Shown here piece by piece: positions 1-9,865 of a stretch of DNA of 64,000 nucleotides. The first letter of the stretch is position 1; the number at the start of each line of letters is the position of its first letter. The notes below the pieces were generated by a model. It made no database searches, was not told the DNA's origin, and saw only the letters and a program-made list of their open reading frames with translations. The stretch comes from a virus. The stretch covers positions 33,449-97,448 of the IMG/VR virus record IMGVR_UViG_3300047678_000094; one strand, given 5' to 3'. Made by a program: the position numbers and the translations under genes.

Positions 1-3000
1 CAAGCGTACATACGAGGAATCAGGTAACTACGTTATCAACCAATTCCTCGTGCTGCCAAAGGATGATAGCACGCTCGCCAACACCGCCAACACATTCCAG
101 ATCATCGTTGATCCAGGCGTGGCTTACATCAAAGGTTATCGCGTCGCGACAACTGGTAACTTCACTAAGAATGTGAACAAAGGTTCAAACACCGTAAACG
201 TACCAGCCGCTACTTCGCGTGTTGCTTACGGTTCATACATCAAAATCAATAACGTTGGTGGTATCTTCCGCTTCAACTACGGTGACACTGTATCTCTGTA
301 TGATACAGCTAAGACTTATCTTTCAGGTATCGGTACTGGTTCAAACGCAATCACAGCACCAAGCGGAAACGTAATTGGTACTGCGCGCATGCGCGGGTTA
401 CTACCAGGAGATAATGCCGGTGAGTATCATCTGTATCTCTTCGACATTAAGATGAGCGCCGGTAAAAACTTTGTAGACACTCGTTCGGTGTACTACAACA
501 ACACGCTTGTCGCTGTCGCTGACACAGTTCTACAATCAAACAACACCCTTCTCCTTGACACTGGTTCGGGCTTTAATGGGCTGCTTGTCAAGAACCACAA
601 AGCTACTGCAGCTGCTAACAGCATCACATACACATACCGCACCTTTGATACATCAAAGACCGCGAACTCAACTGGTTACGCTACAATAACACCTGGTGGT
701 GGACAGGCGTTCCCTTATTCTGGGACATTGACAACACCAGAACGCAAAGAATTCCTCGTAGTTCCAAAAGGTAACTACCAAGCGCAAGTCAACGCTGCTG
801 GTACAGTAACATTCACATCAACAACAGCTAACGTGACTGGATCAGGAACAAGCTTCCTGACCGCATACCGTGCTGGTGACTATGTTAAAGTAGCGAACTC
901 AACAGCCAACGCCGTTGCTCGTGTTCTTAACGTATCTAACAACACCTTCATGACATTGACCGCGAACGCTTCGCTTACTATCGCAAACCAGTCATGTCTG
1001 TATTATCCTAACAACGTACCTCTAGCATTAACCCGCGACGGCAGATCGGTAGTAGTCGAGTCTAACGGCTCGATTACTATCTTTATCGGAAACACTGTGG
1101 CTAACACAGCAGGTTCTGCTGCTTCGATGGATGTTGCTATTGCTTACAACATTAAAGATATCGAAATCAACCCAGATGCGAAAACCATTAAACGTGGTAT
1201 CTACGCTCGTATCAAAACCTCAAACAACTACGCAGGTTCTGTCGGTCCTTGGCCGCTAGGAGCTTCTGATGTATTCCGTATGCGACAAGTGCTGCAAGCC
1301 AATGGTGCTTCGCTAACACTTTCTGTGAACTCTGAGACAGCGGTCGCTAACTCTACTGACTTCATTACGGTGTCGGATAACAAGTTCGCCAATGGTGACT
1401 CGCTGTTGTACTCTAACACAACAGGAGCAGTAATTGTCGGACTCGCAAACAACACAACATACTACGCAGTTGACGCAAACACAACTGGATTCAAACTCGC
1501 TGCGACGCGTAATGGATCCGCGATCGGACTTACAGCGGTCTCTGGTGGCGGAAATCACAGCTTTATCGGAAGTCCTACGTATTTCGCTAACGGAACAAAT
1601 GGGACTGTCGACATCTCAAATGAATTCTATATTGACCACAGACAAAACGAAGACTACCTAGACATATCTTATCTAGTACGTAAACCAAATCTGCCTGCGC
1701 TATCAAACAACGATGTTCTACTTGTGAAATTTGACGCCTTCACATCAACAGCTGGTGTGAAGTCTAAGGACTCATACAACATCACTGATGGTGTGACAGT
1801 TGCTACTATGGGTAACACATCCATCAACACTCTTGAGATCCCGGAAGTTTGGGGTATCAATGGTGAGTATTATGACCTACGTGATCAATTTGACTTCCGC
1901 CCATCAGTAGCAAACACCATCCCGCTGATCTCAGAGGCATCAAACACTTCTATTTTGAACCCAGAATTACCTGCTTCTAAGTTCACAGCATCTGATAAGA
2001 AATTCCCAATTTCAGATTCGGATCTAATAGCTAACGTGTCCTATTACCAAGGTCGCACTGATCGTGTGATCGTGGACGTCTATGGAACTATAGACGTGAT
2101 CCGAGGGTACGACGGTAGAACTGAGCCGCCACCCCCACCAAACGACTCAGTCACTCTTCAATTGCTTGAAGTGCCGCCGTACCCATCACTACCTAAGTCG
2201 ATGACTCCAGCAGTTATTGCTCTGGCAGATACACAGGTCTACAACGGAAAAGGTTCAAGACGTATCTTCGAATACACCGTTGGAACGCCAATCGACTCCA
2301 ACCAACGCGAGCGTCTGCAGATCCGTAACTACAAGATGGAAGACATCGCTTCAATCGAACAGCGCGTGTCTGATCTTGAGTACTATGTGTCATACACTCT
2401 CGCAGAAACTGTGGCTAAGGCTCGCTTCATCCCATCTTCATTGGATGGTGGTGTTGATCGATACAAAGTAGGGTTCTTCGTAGATCCGTTCACGAACTAT
2501 AACTTCGCTGAAACGCAAGACCCCGAGTTCTACGCTACGATCGAAGACGATCAGCTGACAACTCACATCAACGAAACAATTCTAGAGTTCCGTCACGAAA
2601 CAGCTCCAGGTGGTGGTGAGTCTATGGCAACACTAGACTACGTTGAAGTAACAGCTTTCAAACAGCTTGATGCAACAAACGGACCTCTGATTGCAGTTAC
2701 TGCTAATACCGTAACACCTAACACAACACCAGTTGTTCCAAGTCAGAATACAGAAACCGTTACTATCACAACGGTTACCCAGCAAATTACTTCTGAGAAC
2801 AAAGTCAACAAGTCAACAGCTTGGGGTAATGGTACTGTCTACGAAGACTGGACATTCACTATGTCCGCCCTAACAGGACCAGTTGAGATTTATGCCAACC
2901 ATCGCGGATTGTATAATGCATTCGCGGTCTACCAATCTGAAACACCAGAAGGCCCATGGGTAGAAAAAATAAACTCGAACGCAGGTTCTGGTGTTTCTAA

Positions 3001-3847
3001 TGCAGATATCAACACTAAAGGTATCGCGAATCTCGAGATGGGGTTTGGCTTCTACAAACCAGGCGTAACATTCCGCGACTCAAGCGTGGTTCCGGGAACT
3101 TCAATTTACTGGTTCCGCGAACACCAGAAGATTCTCTTCACTCACGATCCAGCTGATGGTATCTACTACATGGTACGTGTCTACAAGGGTCGTAACAGAG
3201 ATCGTACACCATACGGTAACTACGAGTACAAGATCTTCTACCCAACAGACTCAATTTCTAGCCGTACAATCACAACCAACAGCCCAGATACCTACGTATA
3301 CGTTGGTGAGGTTGTTGACATTAACCCACGTAACATCTCAGTTGGTGGATCAAATATTGACGATCCTAGAAACTACCAAGTCTGGACTTCAGTTGGTATT
3401 AAAGGCTACACATCTGATGCGCAGCTTATCAACAACTCTAACCAGTCTTATTGGTACACAACAGGTAGCAAGCACCGTATCTCTATTATCGGCCTGAAAC
3501 CAAACACCGTTCACACGTTTACGTTCGATGGTGTTCTATCAACAGATAAGTGCACTCAGATCCGTACAACCACAGATAACACATCAGGACTGAAATCTGA
3601 TGCTAATGGTACTCTGTCGTTCGACTTCTACAACGATCTTCAAGTGGATTGGGAAACAATCCTGACTAACTTCGCTCAAGATCAAATACGTTCTGGATCT
3701 ACACCAGGGAATAAGTCTTTCACGGTAGCAAGTAGTGATGGAAGTTCAATCGCATCTGGTGTTATTGGTATTTCGCCTTGGCTTAGTTTCCCACAAATAA
3801 GTATTGATTACAATGAGATCTCAAGAGGGCTTCAGATCTTCCAATAA
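1..3847 (+). CDS. Large virion structural protein (VrlC/DUF4815-like), 5' end outside window
   Basis: Frame is open from base 2 (KRTYEESGNY..., typical of VrlC-like proteins of T4-like phages); also PGVAYIKGY, RVSDLEYY and GFFVDPF motifs. Confidence 0.75.
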   Translation, partial: KRTYEESGNYVINQFLVLPKDDSTLANTANTFQIIVDPGVAYIKGYRVATTGNFTKNVNKGSNTVNVPAATSRVAYGSYIKINNVGGIFRFNYGDTVSLYDTAKTYLSGIGTGSNAITAPSGNVIGTARMRGLLPGDNAGEYHLYLFDIKMSAGKNFVDTRSVYYNNTLVAVADTVLQSNNTLLLDTGSGFNGLLVKNHKATAAANSITYTYRTFDTSKTANSTGYATITPGGGQAFPYSGTLTTPERKEFLVVPKGNYQAQVNAAGTVTFTSTTANVTGSGTSFLTAYRAGDYVKVANSTANAVARVLNVSNNTFMTLTANASLTIANQSCLYYPNNVPLALTRDGRSVVVESNGSITIFIGNTVANTAGSAASMDVAIAYNIKDIEINPDAKTIKRGIYARIKTSNNYAGSVGPWPLGASDVFRMRQVLQANGASLTLSVNSETAVANSTDFITVSDNKFANGDSLLYSNTTGAVIVGLANNTTYYAVDANTTGFKLAATRNGSAIGLTAVSGGGNHSFIGSPTYFANGTNGTVDISNEFYIDHRQNEDYLDISYLVRKPNLPALSNNDVLLVKFDAFTSTAGVKSKDSYNITDGVTVATMGNTSINTLEIPEVWGINGEYYDLRDQFDFRPSVANTIPLISEASNTSILNPELPASKFTASDKKFPISDSDLIANVSYYQGRTDRVIVDVYGTIDVIRGYDGRTEPPPPPNDSVTLQLLEVPPYPSLPKSMTPAVIALADTQVYNGKGSRRIFEYTVGTPIDSNQRERLQIRNYKMEDIASIEQRVSDLEYYVSYTLAETVAKARFIPSSLDGGVDRYKVGFFVDPFTNYNFAETQDPEFYATIEDDQLTTHINETILEFRHETAPGGGESMATLDYVEVTAFKQLDATNGPLIAVTANTVTPNTTPVVPSQNTETVTITTVTQQITSENKVNKSTAWGNGTVYEDWTFTMSALTGPVEIYANHRGLYNAFAVYQSETPEGPWVEKINSNAGSGVSNADINTKGIANLEMGFGFYKPGVTFRDSSVVPGTSIYWFREHQKILFTHDPADGIYYMVRVYKGRNRDRTPYGNYEYKIFYPTDSISSRTITTNSPDTYVYVGEVVDINPRNISVGGSNIDDPRNYQVWTSVGIKGYTSDAQLINNSNQSYWYTTGSKHRISIIGLKPNTVHTFTFDGVLSTDKCTQIRTTTDNTSGLKSDANGTLSFDFYNDLQVDWETILTNFAQDQIRSGSTPGNKSFTVASSDGSSIASGVIGISPWLSFPQISIDYNEISRGLQIFQ

Positions 3848-3875
3848 ATACCTTGAACTAGGATAAGAGAAACAT

Positions 3876-6011
3876 ATGACGGCTCTCTACAATTACATTC
3901 AAACCTTCTTCGGTGATTACGAAGCAGTAAACAAGTCCCCTGAGTTCATGGTGACTTCGATTGACCTGTTTTTCAAATCAAAACCGTATGCAGATAACAA
4001 CACATCTGGGGCCTCTAAGCCTCAGGTGACGATGTGGTTGTGTGAAATTGACAACAACGTTCCAAATCCCGACAAGAAAATCAAAGACTCAACAACCTGG
4101 GCTGATTGGGATGAAATTGCTTGCTCAACTAACGCAACAGCTTCGACAACCTTCTCTTTCCGCAACCCAGTTCTACTGAAATCTAACACACCTTATGGAA
4201 TCGTTCTGAAATTCCAAGACAGCGGGTTTATTCTCTGGGAAAACGTTCGCGGGGACGCTCTTGTCCGTGAAACAGGAACGACTCAGATCGCATCAACAGG
4301 CTCACAGAGCACAACGGACGGCTCTCTGTTCAAATCAGTGTCTCCAGGGTCTGATGCGATCCGTTATGCGGACCGTGACCTTAAATATGAGATCAAAGTC
4401 GCGAAATTTACCGGTGCGAACACGACAGTTTACGTTGTCAACAAGGATTATGAGTTCTTCACGATCAACACGATCGTCGGCGGGTTCATTCCAGGCGAAG
4501 TTGTCTATAAACAGACGGCAAACGCTACTGGAAACATCGCATTTAGCTCTTCTAACAATTATGTGAGGGGTACAGGAACGATTTTCCAGAATATGTACGA
4601 GGGGCAACAAATTATCATCGACAACGGGTCTGCGAATGACTCTGTGACCGTGAAATCGATCGTTTCTAACACTGAAATGTACATTGAACGTCCTGTCAAC
4701 TTTGAAGGACCAGGAAATTACAAGTCTCCAGTCGCAGGTAGGGTTTTCAAGTATTCCGCACCTTCTAAGACGCTGCATCTTGTTGATTCAAACGCATCAA
4801 ATAGCACATTCAAGTTTGCTGCCGGAGATACTTTGGTTGGAGAGCGTTCAGGAACGACAGCCAACCTAGTTTCTCTCGATAGATACTCTGTCGACAGCTT
4901 TGTACCTAAGTTCACCCTCAATGGTCCGGTTGCCGGTGCGTTTGAGCTCAGCTACAAGATTGCTACTGGAGCTAACACGCTCCAATCCGCATACACAAGC
5001 TTCAGTCTCAACGATATCAATCGTGTTGGCCAAGTATCATATATTCTGTCGCGTTCGCAAGAAGTTGAGGGAAGCTCCCTCTACGGAACAGACAAAAAGT
5101 CGATTGTGGCGAAAATAGACCTACAGCTTACCGGTACAGGTAACGCTTTCACCGCACCATTCATCGACTGTGATGATCTTGATCTAATTGTCAAGAAACA
5201 TGAAGTGAACAACACATATCTAGAAGATCGTGTCTACGTTTCAAGCGCCAACACTTCATACTCATACACTATTGAAGATTACGACACTGAAATCGATCGC
5301 AATGGTCTAGCTGACTCTAAGTACATCTCAAAGAAGGTTACTTACGCCCCAGGTGTGTATGCTGAAGACTTAAAGGTATTCCTTGCAGCTTACAGACCAG
5401 TTGGAACGGAAGTTCGCGTGTATGCGAAAATGCACAATTCCGCTGACGTTGAGCCGTTCGATATTAAAGCTTGGACGCCTCTGGTTCTCGAACAGAACAA
5501 CGCCAAGTATTCTGCAGAGAATGATATAAGCGATTTGATCGAGTATACCTATGGACTACCACAATATCCAGAGATGATGTCTGCTCATGGGGAAAGTAAC
5601 CTTGCGGAATATGGTAACACAGTTATTCTGACCCCGTCTTCATTGGTATCTGTGATTCAGGAAGATGATTTGATCCGCATCTACAAGCCTGACTTCGCAG
5701 AAACAAACCATGAGGTATACTCAGTAATTTCATCCAACACAACAGCAATTGTTGTGAACCGTGCAATTAGAAACACTGATATCGTTAATGGTCTCGGCCA
5801 ACCTGCTGTGGCCGTTGGTATTGAGAAACTCAAGTACAAAAATATCGCATTCAACAACCTCGCGAATGATAACGTAGCCCGTTACTACACATCATCTAGA
5901 ACAGAATTCGACAACTTCAATACAATGCAAATTAAGATTGTTCTTCTATCTGATGCCTCAAACAAGAATCCACGCGTTGAACAAATCCAGGCAGTTGGGG
6001 TGAGTGCTTAA
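3876..6011 (+). CDS. Virion structural protein (baseplate/tail associated, DUF4815 C-terminal-like)
   Basis: VTSIDLFFKSKP, SKYISKKV and FNTMQIKIVL motifs; follows the VrlC-like gene. Confidence 0.6.
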   Translation: MTALYNYIQTFFGDYEAVNKSPEFMVTSIDLFFKSKPYADNNTSGASKPQVTMWLCEIDNNVPNPDKKIKDSTTWADWDEIACSTNATASTTFSFRNPVLLKSNTPYGIVLKFQDSGFILWENVRGDALVRETGTTQIASTGSQSTTDGSLFKSVSPGSDAIRYADRDLKYEIKVAKFTGANTTVYVVNKDYEFFTINTIVGGFIPGEVVYKQTANATGNIAFSSSNNYVRGTGTIFQNMYEGQQIIIDNGSANDSVTVKSIVSNTEMYIERPVNFEGPGNYKSPVAGRVFKYSAPSKTLHLVDSNASNSTFKFAAGDTLVGERSGTTANLVSLDRYSVDSFVPKFTLNGPVAGAFELSYKIATGANTLQSAYTSFSLNDINRVGQVSYILSRSQEVEGSSLYGTDKKSIVAKIDLQLTGTGNAFTAPFIDCDDLDLIVKKHEVNNTYLEDRVYVSSANTSYSYTIEDYDTEIDRNGLADSKYISKKVTYAPGVYAEDLKVFLAAYRPVGTEVRVYAKMHNSADVEPFDIKAWTPLVLEQNNAKYSAENDISDLIEYTYGLPQYPEMMSAHGESNLAEYGNTVILTPSSLVSVIQEDDLIRIYKPDFAETNHEVYSVISSNTTAIVVNRAIRNTDIVNGLGQPAVAVGIEKLKYKNIAFNNLANDNVARYYTSSRTEFDNFNTMQIKIVLLSDASNKNPRVEQIQAVGVSA

Positions 6012-6208
6012 TGGATGTATTCGTTAGGGCAAAAGATACTGGCGCGATCATAAATACGAATGCTAAAGAATTATATGCGATAAAGAAAAAGCGTGAGGAA
6101 GCGAAGCAAACAAAAGAGACGCTCAAACGTCTTGATACTCTAGAGAATGAAGTAAGAGAACTGAAGGAGCTAATTAGAGGGCTCACAAAAGGGACGGTAG
6201 ATGTCTGA
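6011..6208 (+). CDS. Small coiled-coil protein
   Basis: 65 aa, RAKDTGAIIN then a heptad pattern; overlaps both neighbours. Confidence 0.6.
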   Translation: MDVFVRAKDTGAIINTNAKELYAIKKKREEAKQTKETLKRLDTLENEVRELKELIRGLTKGTVDV

Positions 6209-7346
6209 AGCTATTGCAAACGTTAACATTCTAGCCGACTCTTTCGAGGGTTGGCTAAATCGACATAACCAAATGTCGTATCTAATGTCCTATTCGGTCA
6301 TTACCGCCAACGTGAGCGGTGCAAACACAGGTAACTCTACAGTCTCACGTATCTCTCAACTCTGGGGAACATTCGGAGCTAACACGCTCGTTGCCACAAA
6401 TGGACTTCGTGGTGGTAACGTATCTACAGTGAACGCTCTTCCTGTAGTTGCAAACCTGGAAGTTTACATCGCTGCAGCAGCAGGGGCCAACGTTCCGGTT
6501 TTAAAGGTTGGTAACTCCTCAGTAATTACCACAATTGATCTCTATGGATTAAGAGCTGGTAACGGAACTTCCAACACAGTCATCAGCAACAGTTCTATTA
6601 TATCGCAATCTAATGCGACTGTCAAGTCAATTATCACTCCAACAGAAATAAATGTTGCGAATGGTGCTGTAAACGCTTCAATGACGCCAATCGGCTTTAC
6701 AGCTGGTACTACAGGGGCAAACCAGACCCATATTTACAACGGCGCAAATGTAGTCATCAACAACAGTTCGGTAACTGTCGGAAACGCGACTTTAAACGCT
6801 GTTTTAACCTCGCAAGAACTCCTTATTTCAAACGGTTCTTCGTCATCTTCTGTAAGAAAAGATGGGATCACTACAACAGGAACTCTGAATGTTTCGAGTA
6901 ACGCTACCTTCCTCGGTCCAGTCTCTTCTAACTCGACTGTGTCTCTTGCAAATACGCTTTCCGTCGCTGGAGCGGCTTCTGTAAACAACACCCTCACAAT
7001 CAAGACAGATTACACCTTTGATGTTGGATCAAACACAAACGTCGGCGCGAATGTTACCGCTCCTCAGTTAGTCTACAGATTTCCAAAAGCAGATTTCTCA
7101 TCAGCGAAACTTACCGTTCAGGTAAAAAACGGCACAAACACTCAATTATCTGAAATCGTCATCGCCCACAACTCAACAAACGCATACCTCACCGTATACG
7201 GTACAGTAAGCTCACCACCAAGTGGGAATTCTTCTCCATTGCTCGCAACATTCGAGGCGAACCTAAATAGTGCAAACGTTGAACTTCTTATTATTCAAAC
7301 TCAGGCGAATTCCGCAGTGAAGATCGCCGGACACCTAATTAAGTAA
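6201..7346 (+). CDS. Asn/Ser/Thr-rich virion fibre/structural protein
   Basis: Beta-rich low-complexity composition, structural context. Confidence 0.6.
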   Translation: MSEAIANVNILADSFEGWLNRHNQMSYLMSYSVITANVSGANTGNSTVSRISQLWGTFGANTLVATNGLRGGNVSTVNALPVVANLEVYIAAAAGANVPVLKVGNSSVITTIDLYGLRAGNGTSNTVISNSSIISQSNATVKSIITPTEINVANGAVNASMTPIGFTAGTTGANQTHIYNGANVVINNSSVTVGNATLNAVLTSQELLISNGSSSSSVRKDGITTTGTLNVSSNATFLGPVSSNSTVSLANTLSVAGAASVNNTLTIKTDYTFDVGSNTNVGANVTAPQLVYRFPKADFSSAKLTVQVKNGTNTQLSEIVIAHNSTNAYLTVYGTVSSPPSGNSSPLLATFEANLNSANVELLIIQTQANSAVKIAGHLIK

Positions 7347-7354
7347 GGGAACGT

Positions 7355-8767
7355 ATGGCCGACTCCAGGTTCAAAGCAGATAAAGGTCTCCGTGTAAGCG
7401 GAGACACAGCCATATTCGACACAAACTCCGCGTTTATTGCAAATGTAGATGTGGTCGGTACAGTGTCTGTTAACGGCGCAATTATTCCAGGTGCAAATGA
7501 TACGATGACGATTGGTTCGACCAATCGTCGAGTAGCATCCATCAACCTCACAACACTATTTGTTGCAAATAGTACTACCGTTCCAAATCTTACCGCAAAT
7601 AACGCTGACACCGTTTATGGTCTCACAACAGCAGGATTTGTAGCTGTTATTGGATTGGCTAACGGTGTGTCGCGTGTGTTTATGGGTTCGAACACAGTTA
7701 CAGTTACCAACGGTAACGGAACCAACGGCAACCCAACATTCTCTATTCCAATTCAAGGTGGATTGTTTGCGAACACCACTGGCGTGTACGTTAATGCTGA
7801 ATCAATCCCAGTAGGAACATTGCCGATTGCTCGTGGTGGTACTGGTGGTAACACACAGCAACTAGCGGCTCGTGGTGTTCTCCCACCACAAACAGGAAAC
7901 AGTGGAAAATTCCTGAAGACAGATGGTTCAGATTCTACTTGGGAAACCGGTCCAGTAGGTTACACAGGTTCGCAAGGTGCTATTGGTTACACAGGTTCAC
8001 AGGGCCCAGCAGGTCCTGCTTCTACACAAGGCTATACTGGATCTATAGGTGCCACCGGCCCAACAGGTCCTACCGGACCAGCAGGACCAACAGGCCCACA
8101 AGGTTCAACCGGATTTACTGGATCTATCGGCGCAACTGGTCCAGCAGGACCAACAGGCCCAGCAGGACCAACTGGCGCAGCAGGCCCAACAGGACCAACT
8201 GGTTTAACCGGTCCAACGGGACCAATCGGATACACCGGTTCTCTTGGCGCTACAGGACCGACAGGACCGACAGGATCTACTGGTCCAACAGGCCCTTCAG
8301 GACTAACCGGACCAGCAGGACCAACGGGTGCTACGGGGCCTACTGGATCTACGGGACCAACAGGCCCTAGCGGACCAACAGGTCCACAAGGTTCAACCGG
8401 ATTTACTGGATCTATCGGAGCTACAGGCCCAACCGGAGCAGGTGGACCAACCGGGTCAGCTGGTCCAACCGGACCCACCGGCCCAACAGGCCCATCAGGT
8501 CTAACAGGATACACAGGATCTATTGGAGCCATAGGCCCAACAGGCCCAACAGGTCCAACAGGATTTACTGGATCTATCGGAGCTACAGGTCCAACAGGCC
8601 CAACAGGCCCAACAGGTCCAACAGGATTTACTGGATCTATCGGAGCTACAGGTCCAACCGGACCTACTGGTGCAACCGGTCCTACCGGTCCAACTGGTGC
8701 TACGGTTTACACGCAATCAGGCAACCCAGGAGCGGCACCTACAGGTTCTATCTGGATACAAATCTAA
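7355..8767 (+). CDS. Collagen-like tail fibre/decoration protein
   Basis: About 250 aa of G-X-Y repeats (GPT, GAT, GYT/GFT-GSI); [11 protein letters not shown] fibre motif. Confidence 0.85.
   Translation: MADSRFKADKGLRVSGDTAIFDTNSAFIANVDVVGTVSVNGAIIPGANDTMTIGSTNRRVASINLTTLFVANSTTVPNLTANNADTVYGLTTAGFVAVIGLANGVSRVFMGSNTVTVTNGNGTNGNPTFSIPIQGGLFANTTGVYVNAESIPVGTLPIARGGTGGNTQQLAARGVLPPQTGNSGKFLKTDGSDSTWETGPVGYTGSQGAIGYTGSQGPAGPASTQGYTGSIGATGPTGPTGPAGPTGPQGSTGFTGSIGATGPAGPTGPAGPTGAAGPTGPTGLTGPTGPIGYTGSLGATGPTGPTGSTGPTGPSGLTGPAGPTGATGPTGSTGPTGPSGPTGPQGSTGFTGSIGATGPTGAGGPTGSAGPTGPTGPTGPSGLTGYTGSIGAIGPTGPTGPTGFTGSIGATGPTGPTGPTGPTGFTGSIGATGPTGPTGATGPTGPTGATVYTQSGNPGAAPTGSIWIQI
7950..8700 (+). repeat. 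Collagen G-X-Y coding tandem repeats
   Basis: Recurrent ggcccaaca/ggaccaaca 9-mers and ggatttactggatctatcgg units. Confidence 0.9.
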
Positions 8768-9318
8768 TGCCTAGTTTCAAATTATCAACGAAGGGTTATA
8801 CTGGCGGGAGTTGGCAAGGCCCAGGTACAAGTTTGTACACTTATAGAAGTGGATCATGGCAAGTACCAGACAACGCTTTCTACTACAGTGGTAGCGCATG
8901 GGTAAGATTTTTTGGCGATGATGTCTTATTCAACCACGGAAATTTGTCTATTCGTGGAGTTGGATATGATGAATTGCAAGGTGGAGAAGGTGGTGATCCA
9001 TTTTGGCTACATTTTTATGGTTCAGGACGTTATACTCTCAAAACAGATGGAACAGTGGAATATGAAGGATTAGGAACAACGGGTTCTACTCCTGGATCAA
9101 CCTCAGGTACTTGGGCTGAAGCTGGTATAACTTCTTCTTTGTATGAGGTTCAATGGAACCAAGCTGGATATGGTGCAACTTGGTATGATCTTGCGGGACA
9201 AATTGATTTTCTTGTCAATGAAGGTAACTATGGTGATTATTCTGGTACGCTTCAAATTAGACACAAAGAATCTCAAATTGTTGTTTCATCATTTACTCTA
9301 GCCATAAACGTGGATTAA
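8767..9318 (+). CDS. Putative fibre-tip/adhesin protein
   Basis: Gly/Trp/Tyr-rich, coupled to the collagen gene; C-terminus (YEV...W...TLQIRHK) resembles 18048-18602. Confidence 0.5.
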   Translation: MPSFKLSTKGYTGGSWQGPGTSLYTYRSGSWQVPDNAFYYSGSAWVRFFGDDVLFNHGNLSIRGVGYDELQGGEGGDPFWLHFYGSGRYTLKTDGTVEYEGLGTTGSTPGSTSGTWAEAGITSSLYEVQWNQAGYGATWYDLAGQIDFLVNEGNYGDYSGTLQIRHKESQIVVSSFTLAINVD

Positions 9319-9320
9319 AA

Positions 9321-9656
9321 ATGGCAGCTAAAGCAAACATAGTAATTGATCAGGGCGCAAATCTATTATTCACTGTTATAGTAACAGATGTTGATGGAAT
9401 CGCATTAGATCTTACAGGCTACACTGGTGCTGCTAAGATGCGGAAGGAGTACACTTCTTCTAACGCTGCTGCTACCTTTACTGTCGTTATCACAGCAGGT
9501 GATGGTCAAGTAGACTTGTCTTTAACAGCGGTACAGACAGCAAATATCACAGCTGGTGAGTATGTGTATGATTGTGAGCTAACGAAGACATCTTCCAACA
9601 CAACATCTAGAATTGTTGAAGGTAGAGCTACGGTTACACCTGAAGTAACGAGATAA
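9321..9656 (+). CDS. Small virion structural protein
   Basis: ANIVIDQGA...DLTGYTGAAKMRK...GEYVYD...RIVEGRATVTPEVTR, a pattern common in T4-like phages. Confidence 0.7.
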   Translation: MAAKANIVIDQGANLLFTVIVTDVDGIALDLTGYTGAAKMRKEYTSSNAAATFTVVITAGDGQVDLSLTAVQTANITAGEYVYDCELTKTSSNTTSRIVEGRATVTPEVTR

Positions 9657-9658
9657 GT

Positions 9659-9865
9659 GTGTATACCTCAAACACCATAACGATAATGGTAACGAACAAC
9701 GGCGGTTTACTAATACCGGCTGTTGGTGAGACATCTGTTAGAATTAAAGTGGTAGAGAATAATGGTTTGTTACAAGCAGCTAATTCCATGATAACCAAAC
9801 ATATCACGACTGCAGAATTGCCGGTAAGACAGCAAACAGTAAGGGTTCCCAGGGAACCCCTCTAG
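9659..9865 (+). CDS. Hypothetical protein
   Basis: 68 aa with an internal repeat (NNGGLL / NNGLL). Confidence 0.4.
   Translation: MYTSNTITIMVTNNGGLLIPAVGETSVRIKVVENNGLLQAANSMITKHITTAELPVRQQTVRVPREPL

Noticed and set aside
7939-8716. Alternative-frame and antisense ORFs over the collagen repeats
   Set aside because: By-products of stop-poor G-X-Y codon repeats
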